Shown here piece by piece: positions 51,151 to 63,780 of a stretch of DNA of 64,000 bases. Numbering within the stretch: the stretch's first letter is position 1; every line of letters starts with the position of its first letter. A model generated the notes under the pieces. It was not told where the DNA came from, ran no database searches, and saw nothing but the letters and a program-made list of their open reading frames with translations. Position numbers and translations under genes: made by a program. The DNA is from Mobula hypostoma (lineage: Eukaryota): assembly GCF_963921235.1 (NCBI RefSeq), contig NC_086108.1, positions 110,486,001 through 110,550,000 of the forward strand. The letters run 5' to 3'.

Positions 51151-51897
51151 AAGTACCTAATTTTTTTTTCTTTCTTTTTGTATTTGCACAGCGTATTGCC
51201 TTTTGCACATCGGTTATTTGTCCGTCTTGTGCGTGGCCTTTCATTAATTCTGTTGTGTTTTGTTGAATGTACTGTGATTGCCCGCAAGAAAGTGGTGACA
51301 TACAGTATACGTATTTTGATAATAAATTTATTTTGAACTTTGAACTTTAAAAGTTGGGTAGCGGGGTGGAGACGCGTCTGTAGCACAGGATGTGTAAAAC
51401 TGCTCCTTCCTTCCACTACTCTAAAGATCCCTCTTGGACAAGGTGTAGCATCTGCTGGGCCCCTCTATCAGGGTCAGGTGAAGCCATGGGAGCAGGTGGT
51501 GGATGGTTGTACGAGCAGCCACTGCATATCACAAGTCCCGGTTATGCGACCACTGACACCAGGCAGACAATCTCTGAAGGGAATTGACAATGGCCGGGGT
51601 CACCTGTCTTGTAAAGACACTGCCCAGAAGAAGACAAAGACAAATCACTTCTGCAGAAGATCATGATCACCAACATCATACAACATGATACATAATGTGA
51701 TGATAACCTTTAAAAGTGCCTCTTGTCCTTGTAGATTTGGGATAGCTTGAGAACTGTAAAACGTCGGATGTTTTTACAGACGGTTTAGTCAGTGTGTGGG
51801 GTGTGGTTGGGACCTGGTGGAGTTGAGTCCTCACACAGCATCTGCACGGGCTCGGAGTCTGCTCTCCTGACGTTGTCTCTGTGGCTCCTGTCCCTAG

Positions 51898-52030
51898 GGC
51901 TATGCCAGGATTCGCAAGGAGCGAGCTTTCGACGTGGATGCTCGTTTAACGGACACGACAGCAGGTGACGACGCTCCGGACGAGTGTATGGAACCAGAAC
52001 TGACAGAGATCGAAGAACGCACCAGTCTAG
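51898..52030 (+). CDS. Candidate next coding exon of the SAMD1/SAMD13-family gene (GYARIRKERAFDVDARLTDTTAGDDAPDECMEPELTEIEERTSL)
   Basis: Non-repetitive, CpG-retaining sequence. Branch-like CTGAC near 51867, pyrimidine tract, acceptor ccctag|G and donor CTAG|gtgagg. The frame is open in phase 0, matching the 14027 donor, and ends in phase 1. In-frame ATG at 51988. Confidence 0.7.
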
Positions 52031-52432
52031 GTGAGGCTCGTTGCTTGTGTCCCAGTCGTTTGGGGGCTCGTAAAATCATACAGCAGGAACGAACTCTTCA
52101 CCCCTCCAAATCTCTGCTGATCCATTTACATGAATCCAATTTAACACAATTACCCTCCCCAAGTAGTAAAGCTGGTCCACGCCTTCACCCACTAACCCAC
52201 CCCTCCACACCCCCCACCACCACTACTTTATCATTTCTTGTCAGAGCCACCTTATGTACAGACACTCCTGTGTCTAGTGTCACCTTATGGACATACAATC
52301 AATCTATGCATACAAGCTATCTTACATATTTATATTATTGTGTTCTTTATCTTATTGTATTTTTTTTGTGCTGCATTGGATCCAGAGTAACGATTATTTT
52401 GTTCTGCTTGACTACTGGAAATAACATTGAAC

Positions 52433-52511
52433 CAGGAGTTCCCAACCTGAGTCCACTTATCCCTTGGTTAATGGTAGGGGTCCATGGCATAAAAAAGGTT
52501 GAGGACCCCCG
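52433..52511. mobile_element. 79-bp hAT MITE
   Basis: Same family as 21633 and 57932; TSD cattgaac/cattaaac. Confidence 0.75.
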
Positions 52512-52632
52512 CATTAAACAATCTTGAACCTTAGTCCAAAGCCTAACCTGTGCAGATTTTTGGACCAAAAGATAAAGGAGTAGAATTAGGCCATTTGGCC
52601 CATTAAAGTTTGCTCCACCATTTGATCATAGT

Positions 52633-52752
52633 CAGTCATGATTAAGGGTCCTAGCCTGAAACATTGACTACCCACTTGCCTCCACAGATGCTGCGTGACC
52701 TTATGAAATCTTCCAGCAGTTCAATTTCTGCTCCAGATTCCAGCATCTGCAC
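52633..52752 (+). mobile_element. Penelope terminal-repeat fragment with decayed hammerhead
   Basis: cagtcatgattaagggtcctagcctgaaacattgact...ccagcatctgca. Confidence 0.6.
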
Positions 52753-53236
52753 TCTTGTTGGATTTTTGTTTCCCAACCCCACTTTCCCCCTTACTCCCCC
52801 AACCCTTACTCCCCCTCACTGATCAAACACGTATAGGTCTTTCCTTCTCAGCCTATCTTTATGGCTGACTCAGCCTGCAAGTATGCAAGATAAGCTTATC
52901 ACTCTTCCTCGGTACATGTGACAATAATAAACCAGTTCCATTTCCAGCATAAGATATAGGTGCAGAATTAGGCCATTTTAATCGTGGCTCATTTACTGTC
53001 CCTCTCACCCCCATGCTCCTGCCTTCTCCCCGTAACTTTTCACACCCTAATCAAGAACCTATCAACCTTCTTAGATATGGGGCCCAAAGCTATTCTTAAT
53101 ACTCCAAATGTGGTGTGACCAACACTTTATAATGCCTCACTGTTATATGCTTGCCAGGACTTCAGGACCTGAGTTATAGACGAAGGTTGAATAGGTTAGG
53201 ACTTTACTCCCTGGAGTGTAGAAGAATGAGGAGAGG

Positions 53237-53771
53237 TGTGACTTTCGCTTCGGCTAACAGCTTAATCTAGGGGATGATAGTCCCCAGCCCGGCCAAACTT
53301 AAAAAATCTCGTTTGGGTGGATGCTGCGCGATGTGTCCCCTGTTACAAATCAGTACCCTGAAATAACAAACCATACTCAATATGCGATTAAACGATTGAG
53401 CTTCATAATTCTTAATTTGACTATATGGTTAGTAAAGAAACAGAAAAGAAAGAAAAGGGCCCATTCTCATGAAACAGTCTGTTGCACAAAGTTGGAGCTC
53501 GCTGATAAGCCGTTCGTCCACCATCGACCTCCTCCAATCGTTGCTGACCTTCGGACCCTCGCTCCAAGTCCATCCCGTCTGGTGGTCTCCCAACTCTCTC
53601 CATTCCCGTCTTCTCTCCTCATCTCTCCCCGGCAAAAGACCATGAAAATCTCTCTTCCAGACTCACAAGAAAGAACAACATTCCAAAGCCCTGTTATCTC
53701 TAGTCATAACCCAAACATCGCTGCTACAGAGAAACCATTACATTAGCAGTGAAATATTACAGGATGTTACA
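53237..53771 (-). mobile_element. Solo LTR (Gypsy-type) inserted in CR1
   Basis: TG...CA ends (tgtgac...gttaca), 4-bp TSD GAGG on both sides; host CR1 reading (RRMRG|DL) continues across; shares motifs with the LTR at 55679-56411. Confidence 0.8.
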
Positions 53772-53899
53772 GAGGTTTTATAGAGAGATATAAAATTTGG
53801 GGTGGTAAATTTAAATTGGCTTTTTCTATTGAGGTTGAGTGAATCTAGAACTAGAGGTTATAGGTTAAGGGTGAAAGGTGAGATGTTTAAGGGGTACTT

Positions 53900-54460
53900 A
53901 CATAGAACATAGAATAGTACAGCACAGTACAGGCCTTTCGGCCCACAATGTTGTGCCAACCCTCAAACCCTGCCTTCCATATAACCTCCCCACCTTAAAT
54001 TCCTCCATATACCTGTCTAGTAGTCTCTTAAATTTCACTAGTGTATCTGCCTCCACCACTGACTCAGGCAGTGTATTCCACGCACCAACCACTCTCCGAG
54101 TAAAAAACCTTCCTCTAATATCCCCCTTGAACTTCCCACCCCTTACCTTAAAGCCATGTCCTCGTATTGAGCAGTGGTGTCCTGGGGAAGAGGCGCTGGC
54201 TATCCACTCTATCTATTCCTCTTATTATCTTGTACACCTCTATCATGTCTCCTCTCATCCTCCTCTCCAAAGAGTAAAGCCCTAGCTCCCTTAATCTCTG
54301 ATCATAATGCATACTCTCTAAACCAGGCAGCATCCTGGTAAATCTCCTCTGTACCCTTTCCAATGCTTCCACATCCTTCCTATAGTGAGGCGACCAGAAC
54401 TGGACACAGTACTCCAAGTGTGGCCTAACCAGAGTTTTATAGAGCTGCATCATTACCTCT
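53900..54460 (-). mobile_element. Young CR1 3' end inserted in an older + strand CR1
   Basis: MMQLYKTLVRPHLEYCVQFWSPHYRKD...; host CR1 resumes at ~54460-54670. Confidence 0.88.
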
Positions 54461-54671
54461 TCTTCATTCAGAGAGTGGTGAGTGTGTGGGATGAGCTGCC
54501 AGTGGAGGTGGTGGATGCAGGTTTGATTACAACATTCAAGAGAAGCTTGGATAGGTACGTGGATGGGAGAGGAGGTATGGAGGGCCGTGGTTTGGGTGCA
54601 GGTCGATGGGACTAGGCAGAATACAAGTTTGGTCTGAGGGGCTCATTTCTTTGCCGTAGTGTTCTATGACT

Positions 54672-55470
54672 AGTCATAGTCATACTTTATTGATCCTGGG
54701 GGAAATACAGTTGCACCATAAATAATAAATAGTAATAGAACCATAAATAGTTAGATAGTAATATGTAAATTATGCCAGTAAATTATGAAATAAGTCCAGG
54801 ACCAGCCTATTGGCTCAGGGTGTCTGACCCTCCAAGGGAGGAGTTGTAAAGTTTGATGGCCACAGGCAGGAATGACTTCCTATGACGCTCTGTGCTGCAT
54901 CTCGGTGGAATGAGTCTCTGGCTGAATGTACTCCTGTGCCCACCCAGTACATTATGTAGTGGATGGGAGACATTGTCCAAGATGGCATGCAACTTAGACA
55001 GCACCCTCTTTTCAGACACCACCGTCAGAGAGTCCAGTTCCATCCTCACAACATCACCGGCCTTACGAGTGAGTTTGTTGATTCTGTTGGTGTCTGCTAC
55101 CCTCAGCCTGCTGCCCCAGCACACAACAGCAAACATGATAGCACTGGCCACCACAGACTCGTAGAACATCCTCAGCATCGTCCGGCAGATGTTAAAGGAC
55201 CTCAGTCTCCTCAGGAAATAGGGACGGCTCTGACCCTTCTTGTAGACAGCCTCAGTGTTCTTAGACCAGTCCAGTTTATTGTCAATTCGCATGCCCAGGT
55301 ATTTGTAATCCTCCACCATGTCCACACTGACCCCCTGGATGGAAACAGGGGTCGCCGGTCCCTTAGCTCTCCTCAGGTCTACCACCAGCTCCTTAGTCTT
55401 TTTCACATTAAGCTGCAGATAATTCTGCTCACACCTTGTGACAAAGTTTCCTACCGTAGCCCTGTACTCT
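54672..55470 (-). mobile_element. Young Rex1/Babar-like LINE, 5'-truncated
   Basis: Open [33 protein letters not shown]...YKYLG...SDTLSQ*; (GACTAT)n tail. Confidence 0.92.
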
Positions 55471-55678
55471 CGTATTACTCTCGTATATTCCAGTCCTCTT
55501 GACCTGAACGCTAACATTGCATTTGCTTTCCTTACAACCAAATAACCTGCAAGCTAACCTTTAGGGAAAGCTGTACTAGGTCTCCCAAGTCCCTTTGCAC
55601 CTTTGATCTCTGAAATCTCATTGCATTTAAAAAAAATAGTCGATGTCTTTATTCTTCCTGAAACTCCTTTTTACCAAG

Positions 55679-57560
55679 TGTTGCTAGAAACACTGCTGGT
55701 TATCCCTTTGCTAACACGCCAATGGACTCTGGGGTGAGAAAACCACCTTTCTCGAATTCCCAATCTGAACGAATACTGTTTAAGCGCTGCCCACTGTCAG
55801 CGAGAAATAACAGATCGTCCACCACGTACAATTTGAAAAAAATGTATGTTTACAAATTTTCAGCTTTATCGAATAGTTAGTAGGAAAAAGAAAAAAGACA
55901 AATAAAAAAGGACCCGTTACAGTTAACTCAGTCAAATGTGCACACAAGTTGGAGCTCATCTTGACGTTGTCTTTAACTTGCGCGTTGAACCCATGATCTG
56001 TGTGAAAGCATGCGTGACTTTCCGATGTCCCTTGAAATTCATCTTGAACAGACTCTGCCCCCATAGCAGTAACTGTTCCTTCCTTGAAACTATTCATCTG
56101 CACAAAGCACCTTGTGCAACAGGGATGGCATCCTCAGCCATCTTTGCTCCTGTCTTCTCCCAGCTCCCGCCAAAAAAAACCTCAACCCACACCAGTGTCA
56201 GTCACCAAAAACTCTGCCCAGCTTTCTCTCGAACCTTCTCCTAATTTCACCATCCTGATTGGCTGACACAATATTCCTAAGTTGACCAACATAGCTCCTT
56301 ATATTTAGCTGAAACCCAAACATGCTAAAAGCAGAACAGACTGCTCTTATAGAACTGCTAAAATGAAATGCCTACAGCATAAGCAGTAGAAATGTTAACT
56401 AGGACGTTACACTATCTTGCCCCCCACCCCGCCCCCAACCAAAACATAGTCATGTTCTCATGACTTTGAAATTTATCAACCCATCATTAATAACACAGTT
56501 TTTAAACGAGTTTTGTGATGTCAGGATCTCCAATCCATTTGTAAATGGTAGTGACATATCTCACTAGGGGGATAGACACAACACTCTGTTCCCTGGTCCG
56601 TCACAGACCAGCCTCTCTGGGGGTTTCCTTTGAGACCTCCTTATCCCACTTTTGGCTCTTCTAGCTTCAATCACCTCTTGTGACCCTTCTGGTCATTTAG
56701 AGGGTGCCTCCCCCATCTATCACTCGTGTCTTTGGTGGCTCAGGTACCCCTGCTCCATGACTGAACTTGACTTCCTTCAGTTTAAGCAGGTGCTGCCAAA
56801 CATCTTCAACCTCTGGTGCTAACTGGTGAGATCTCTCTCCGAAAGGGGTGTCCTCAGTCTCTCTAATAGTGTGGCAAGTACTCCTGGAGTAACCAACATC
56901 AGACTTGTCAGTAGAAAACTCATCTTCACATCTCAACATCTTCTCAGTTAATCTCCTTTTCCATGCCTCGGATATTCTGATAAATTTGGGTGTTCCTGTC
57001 ACTTTAGCTACTCCTCCAGGATGTAACACGACAGGTTTAGACTGTGTGTACCACACAGTTCCTCGTTTCTGCTCACCATCCTGCTTAGGAGGAACTTGCA
57101 CCTTCTCAAAAGCAGCTTTGAACATGGTGAATGGACAAGGTTTTCAAAATGTTCTCTCCATTCCTCTTCTTGCATGCTCTCAGGAGCCTTCTCACAATGG
57201 CAGTATCTGTCCCCACAAGAATGGAAGCTCCACTCTTTGTAACTGGATCTGGGCAGACCAGCACTGGTGTGTCAATAGTCTCAGTTACTCCAACATCTGC
57301 TTCTGAAAATTCCAGCTTCAATGACGAGTCATCATCATATGAGTATTCATCAGTACTAAGCCCCCGAATCTCAAGGGCACTAAGTGGACTCGTGTTTAGC
57401 AGCTTCATGTGTGGCATCTTGTTAAAAGCCTTCTAAAAATATGGTGGTAGCCTCATCTTCACTGTTGCCCTTAAAACATCTTTTGAGTGTGTCCGCACCT
57501 GAAACTTTAGCAGCAGTTCAGAGCGAATCAGACAATGAGCTTGGGATCCTTCTTGCTTAT
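55679..57560 (-). mobile_element. Deleted Gypsy element: gag/protease remnant, polypurine tract (56412-56430) and 3' LTR (55679-56411)
   Basis: Minus strand GGGGTGGGGGGCAAGATAG|TGTAAC; peptides LEIRGLSTDEYSY...LKLEFSEADVGV...LVCPDP...ILVGTD and HTIR.TEDTPFGERSHQLAP. Confidence 0.75.
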
Positions 57561-57931
57561 GGGGGGGGGGGGGGTTAATCAAAACGAACATGACAGGGGA
57601 GTTCTTCCCATTTTCAGGCCAAGATCTCTTGCGCAAGTTGTACCTTCCCTGGTTTGTTCATGTTTGTTGCCGGTGCTGTCCAAGTTCGTTAGCGCTGTGT
57701 TTCTCATATTACTGGGTACTTGCCCCAAAGCTTCCAATCAATTCACCCAAAATTGTCCTGGGACATCCCAAGAATGAGGCAGGTACCAAACAACTTCAGG
57801 GGTTTGACCTTGTAAGAAATGAGAAGTGAAGGTGTTAATTATTCAGCTCCTTGAACTCTGGACGCATTTGTAAGATTGTGGGTACTCCCCTGTTTTTTTT
57901 CTCCCCCAGAAACCTCGACATTGGTTTAAGG

Positions 57932-58010
57932 CAGGATTCCCAACCTTTTTTATGCCACAGGCCCCTCCAGTTAACCGAGGAGTCCGTGGAGTCCAGGTTG
58001 GGAACCCCTG
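57932..58010. mobile_element. 79-bp hAT MITE with perfect 8-bp TSD
   Basis: CAGGATTCCCAACC...GGTTGGGAACCCCTG; TSD gtttaagg (57924-57931, 58011-58018). Confidence 0.85.
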
Positions 58011-60394
58011 GTTTAAGGAGATTAAAGATTTAGCTTTATTTATCACACGTACATCAAAACATACGGTGAAATGTGGCATCTGCTCCACGATCAACACAGT
58101 CCGAGGATGTTTCTGGGGCAGCTCGCAGGTGTCGCCACGTTTCTAGTACCAACATAGATTGCCCACAACTTACTACCCCCAACCCAGACGCCTTGGGAAT
58201 GTGGGAGGAAACAAGAGCACCCTAAACGGACACAAGGAGAATGTACAAACTCCTTACAGAATTGAACCCCGATCTTCCAGTTGTTGGCTTTATGCTAACC
58301 ACTGCACTACTGTGCCGCCCCAGAAATAGGGAACACTTCACAAATTTGAGTGGAGAGAGATTTAATAGGAAATAGCATTTTCACCCGGAGTGTTGTCAGT
58401 ATATGGAATGAGCTGCCAGAGGAAGTGGTTGAGTCTCTGAAAACTATGTCATAGAAACAGGCCCTATGGCCCATCAAGTCCATGCTGAACAAGTTAAGCT
58501 GCCTACTCCCTTTGGCATTCACCGGGACCACAGCCCTCCATACCCCTACCATCATGTACCTGTCCAAACTTCCCTGGAATGTTGAAATCAAGCTCCAAAG
58601 CACCGCCTGTGCTTGCATTCATTCCCCTCACTCATGACCCTCTGCGTGAAGAAGGTTCTCCTAAAATATTTCACTTTGCACCCTTAACCCATGACCTCTG
58701 GCTGTAGTCCCCCTAAAATCAGTGGAAAAAGCCTGCTTGTATTTACCCTGTCTAAAACCCCTTATAATTTTTGATAAAACTTCTATCAAATCTCCTTTCA
58801 GTCTTCTACATTCTAAAGAATACAGTCCTAACCCATTCAGTCCCATAACTCAGGTCCCCTAGACCCAGCAGCACTGTGGGAACTTCCTCCGTACTCTTTC
58901 AACCTTGTTTACATCCTTCCTCCATGCCCTGCATATTCATATGTCTGCCTAACAGCCTTTCAACCACCACTGTCGTATCTGGGTCTACATCACCACAACT
59001 AACAGCACATTTCCGGCACCCACCCCTCACCGTGAAGAAAAAAAATAACTTCTCCCTCACCGCCCTCACCTTAAATCCATGTTCCCAGGTTTCAGACACT
59101 TCCACCCTGGGAAAAAGTACATACAGTAAATAAGACAGCTGTTCTTAAAATGTTGATCGTGTGTCTTCAGGCCCCTGTACCTCCTCCCTTGATGGTCGTA
59201 ACAAGTTGATGTCCTGGTGCTGGGACTCCCATAGTGGTATTCTGGGCGGTGGGGGGGTGCGGAGCCTCAGGATTTAAACCCAGCGACACTGGAGAAGTGG
59301 CGATGTTTCCAGGTCGGGCGGATGTGTGGTTTAGAGGGGGAACCTGTGGGCAGAGATGACCCTGTGCATCTGCTGACTTTACTAGTTCCAAAGCGCAGGC
59401 CCGCAGGCTGCTGGCAGAAGTGAAAGTGAAAGTTCAGCGTGGTTGATGTTCAGTTGTCAGCACAGATTTCGTTGGCTTGTTCTTATGGGGTGGGGGGGGG
59501 GTGCGGAGGAAAGATGCTTCCTCCCCCCCCCCCCCCACTGTAAGCCTTTTGGTTTTTAGAACATAAAACATAACAGCATAGAACAGGCCTTTGGCCTACA
59601 ATGTTGCGATGACCTTTTTAGCTACTGGAAGATGAATCTAACCCTTCCCTTCTACATAATCCTTCATTTTTCATTCATATAAGTGCTTAGCAAAATCTCT
59701 TAAATGTCCCTAATGTGTCGGCCTCTAACACCACCTTTGGTAGAACAATGAACAGCACAGGACCTTTTGCCTATAAACCTACTCCATGATCTAACCCTTC
59801 CTTTCTACTTAACCCATAACCCTCTATACTGCCCTCACTGAGGTATTGGAACATTAACTAGACAATCAGCCCAACTCTATTCAGAAATGACATGAGGGTT
59901 GGGGTGTAGCCTCCTGGCTCCGTAGTTTTATTGCAGACACAATGGCATGAATAAGGAGCTAGAGGCCTATTTTCCGACTCATATTATTTTTAAATGGAGT
60001 TTGGCTGACTGTCTAGTTGATGTTACAACACTTCTGCGAGGGGTAGTACAGTGAAAGAACAATGCTTCTACTGGGGAAATAACAGAATGGATTTAGATGG
60101 AAACTTTTGTTCCTAATGTAAACCTCTGGCCTCCTGCCAGCCAGTGTGCTTTCCTACTTCCTACTTCCTGGCTGCACAGGAAGTGCGTAATACAGCTCTG
60201 AAACTGCTCATCAAAATAAAAGCTGAATGTGCTTAACATAAATCAATTGCTTGAAAGGCAGAACACTCTCTTCTTTTTTACATCTGTGTGCCCATCGAAG
60301 AACACTTACACCAACAACTGGCCACTCCTGAGTCTCACTGCTTATTTCCCAGAACTCAGAGTGGATTCAAGCCTCCATAATCAATTCAGATTCA

Positions 60395-61715
60395 GGTTTA
60401 TTGCAGAAGATCCTGAGAGGCAGGATTTATGAGGATTTGGAGAGACATAATCTGATTAGGGACAGTCAGCGTGACTTTGTCAAGGGCAGGTCATGCCTTA
60501 CGAACCTGATTGAATTCTTTGAAGATGTAGCAAAACACACTGATGAATATAGAGCAGTGGGTATAGTGTGTATGGCATTTGATAAGGTTCCCCATGCAAT
60601 GCTCATTTAGAAAGTAATGAGGCATGGGATCGAAGGAGACCTTGCTTTGTCGATCCAGAATTAGCTTGCCCACAGAAAGCAAAGGGTGGTTGTGGATGGT
60701 TTGTATTCTGCATTGAGGTTGGTGACCAGTGCTGTTCTGCAGGGATCTGTTCTGGGTCCCCTTCTCTTTGTAATTTTTATAAAAGACCTTAATGAAGTAG
60801 AAAGGTGGGTTAGTTAGTTTGCTGATGACACAAGAGTTGGGGGTGTTGTGGATAGTCTGGAGGGTTGTCAGAGGTTACAGTGGGACATCGATAGGATGTA
60901 GAAATGTGCTGAGAAGTGGCAAATGGAGTTCAACCCAGATAAGTGTGAAGTGGTTCATTTTGGTAGGTCAAATTTAATAACAGTATATAATATTAATGGT
61001 AAGGCTGTTGGCAGTGTGGAGGATCAGGGAGATCTTGGGGTCCGTGTTCATAGGACACTCAAAGCTGTTGCGCAGGTTGACAGTATTGTTAAGAAGGCAT
61101 ATGATGTGTTGGCCTTCATCAACCATGGGATTCAGTTCAAGAGCCGTGAGGTAATGTTACAGCTGTATAAGACTTTGGTCGGACCCCGCTTGGAGTACTT
61201 TGTTCAGTTCTGGTCACCTCACTACAGGAAGGATGTGGATACTATAGAGAGAGTGCAGAGGAGATTTACAAGGATGTTGCCTGGATCGGAGAGCACGCCT
61301 TATGAGAATAGGTTGGGTGAACATTTCTCTTTGGAGCAATGGAGGATGAAAGGTGACCTGATAGAGGTGAACAGATGATGAGAGGCATTGATTATGTGGA
61401 TAGGCAGAAGCTTTTCCCAGGGCTGAAATGGGTAACACAATGGGGCACAGTTTTAAGGTGCCTGGAAATTGGTACCGAGGGGATGTTTTTTCCCACACAG
61501 AGAGTAGTGGGTCCATGGAATACACTGCCAGTGGCAGTGGTGGAAGCAGATACAATAGGGACTTTTAAGAGACTCTTAGATAAGTTCATGGAGGTTAAAA
61601 ATAGAGGGCAATGCAGTAGGCAAATTCTCGGCAGTTTCTAGAGTAGGTTACATGGTCGGTACAACGTTGTGGGCTGAAGGGCCTGTAATGTGCTGTAGAT
61701 TTCTATGTTTCTGTT
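60395..61715 (+). mobile_element. CR1 LINE RT/3' fragment
   Basis: GRSCLTNLIEFFE, FADDT, MEFNPDKCEVVHFG, LEYFVQFWSP; same subfamily as 3872-5570. Confidence 0.9.
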
Positions 61716-61834
61716 TTCTCTGTTTTATTATAGACCATAGAGCACCACAGCACAGTACAGTCTCTTCAGCCCACGGTTAAATGCGATCTTGTGGACACTT
61801 TTTAAAATGTTCAAACTTTGTAACTCTCCCCCAG

Positions 61835-61929
61835 ATTTGGAGCAAGATGCCTCTGAGATGGAATTGGTGGGACACTCCTCCGTGGACAACTTTCCCAAGG
61901 TTCCTGAATCCACACGCACCTCTGAGACG
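61835..61929 (+). CDS. Candidate third coding exon ((D)LEQDASEMELVGHSSVDNFPKVPESTRTSET)
   Basis: Acceptor ctctcccccag|AT and strong donor ACG|gtaagg. 95 nt = 2 nt + 31 codons, open in exactly the phase-1 frame left by the 52030 donor. Unique sequence between repeats. Confidence 0.6.
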
Positions 61930-63191
61930 GTAAGGGCAATGCCGAGATGGTGAATTTTCCACTTGTGATGACGGCTAGGTAATATAAATTCAAGCAGTCA
62001 GTTCAAGGTTGGGGCAAGCCTGGGTTGTTGTCATCCAGTGTACACTCAGTGGCCACGTTATTAGGCACGGGAGCTGCTACTGTAGTCTATCCACTCCGAG
62101 CTTCAACGTCTTGTGCATTCAGAGATGCTCTTCTGCACCCTACTGCTTATTTGCTTTCATTATCGTGGTCCACAAGCAGGGCCTGGGTCGGGTTGACTGG
62201 ACGAGAGAGCCTAGTGATTAAAATCCGTAACACCCAAAGACCCCAGGTTATGTTACTGATTATGTGACCCGGTGCACGCCCGGATAATTAAGCCAAGTGA
62301 TGTCAGACCAAGTTAACGAAAGGCATGGGCCAGATTAAAGTGGCTTCGCAACCCTAGCCCACACATCCCCACTAACCCTGGTCATGCCCCCACAGATGAG
62401 CTGACTTGTTTCAGGAGGAGGAAGATCACAGTGAAGGCAAGTGTTGGACACGATTAATGAAGACGTGGGCTAGATCAAAGAGGCAGGGTTGCGTGACACT
62501 GAAGCTGGAGTGACAAGATCAAGAAGCACAAGGGGGTTATTTTCCCATTGCCCACATAATCACATCCCCTCCTTATACTTGCCTCTAATCAACTTAAAAT
62601 TATGCCTCTCTCATAATAGCTATTTCCACCCAGGGAAAAGTCTCTGGCTGTTTACTCTGTGCACCTGATCTTGTACACATTGATCAAGTTAAGTTCTCCC
62701 TCCTAAAGCGTTTGGAGGCTGTAAGGAGACACGTCATCCATACAGATTGATTCATTACAACAATGTATTGAGGTAGAACACGGTAAAACAATAACAGAAT
62801 GCAGAATAAACCCTGTTACAGTTACAGAGAAAGTGTAAGAGAAAGCAGGCAGAAAATAAGGTGCCAAGTCACGATGGTGGGAGATTGTCAGGTTATTGTA
62901 CTGGGGGAACGTTTTGCAATCTTACAACAGTGGGACAGGACCTGTCTGAGCCCGGTGGTCAAGCTTTCTGGCTTTTCTATCATCAGTTTTCTACCCAATG
63001 ACAGGGGGTTCGGCTTGGGTGGGTGGAGTCTTTGATTATGTTGGCTGTTTTACTGAGACAGCGAGAAGTGTAGACGGTCTGTACTGGCTTGTGTAATATC
63101 CGTTGGTGACCCCGACCAACTGTGTATAGATGCGACAGACAAAGTCTTTTTGGGTGATAATGTCAAATACAGGAGAGCACAGTTTTTTTTT

Positions 63192-63780
63192 TAGATTGTG
63201 AAGACATGCAGTCCTCTTTTATTGTCATTTAGTAATGCATGCATTAAGAAATGATACAATATTTCCTCCGGTGTGATATCACAAAACACAGGACAGACCA
63301 AGACTGAAAAAACTGACAAAACCACATAATTATAACATCTAGTTACAACAGTGTAATGATACCATAACTTGATGAAGAAGCCCATGAGCACAGTAAAGTT
63401 CAAAGTCTCTCAAATGTCCCACATCTCACGCAGACGGGAGAAGGAAGAAAAACTCTCCCTGCCATGCCGACCACAATCCAACTCTGAGTCATCCGAAAAC
63501 TTCAAGCCTCCAATCAGCTCTCTGACACCGAGTACTGAGCATCATCTCTGTCCGAACGATTCGACCTCCTTCTCGGTTGCCAACAGCAGGCAAAGCCGGG
63601 GATTTTGAGGCCTACCCTCCGAAAGATTTCCGACTGCGCAGTAATGACAGCAGCGAACGAGCGTTTCAGAAATTTCTCCAGATGTTCCTCTGTGCTTTCA
63701 CGTCCATTCTCCATCAAATCAGAATTGTCCACAGCCCCTATTTAACAGATACGACATCGTTTTTCATCGGAGGGCTGTGC
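63192..63780 (-). mobile_element. Unclassified non-autonomous retroposon (copy 2)
   Basis: Highly similar to 27312-27870. Confidence 0.7.

Noticed and set aside
52031..52527. Remainder of the 197-aa ORF 51934-52527
   Set aside because: Runs past donor gtgagg into LINE tail and MITE sequence.
53250..53330. Twister-like GTCCCCAGCCCGG motif in the solo LTR
   Set aside because: Could not assemble the required P1/P2/P4 stems and pseudoknots.
63104..63116. Second tRNA-Trp PBS-like string TGGTGACCCCGAC
   Set aside because: No adjacent LTR end (CA) or gag sequence is recognisable; orphan remnant or chance.
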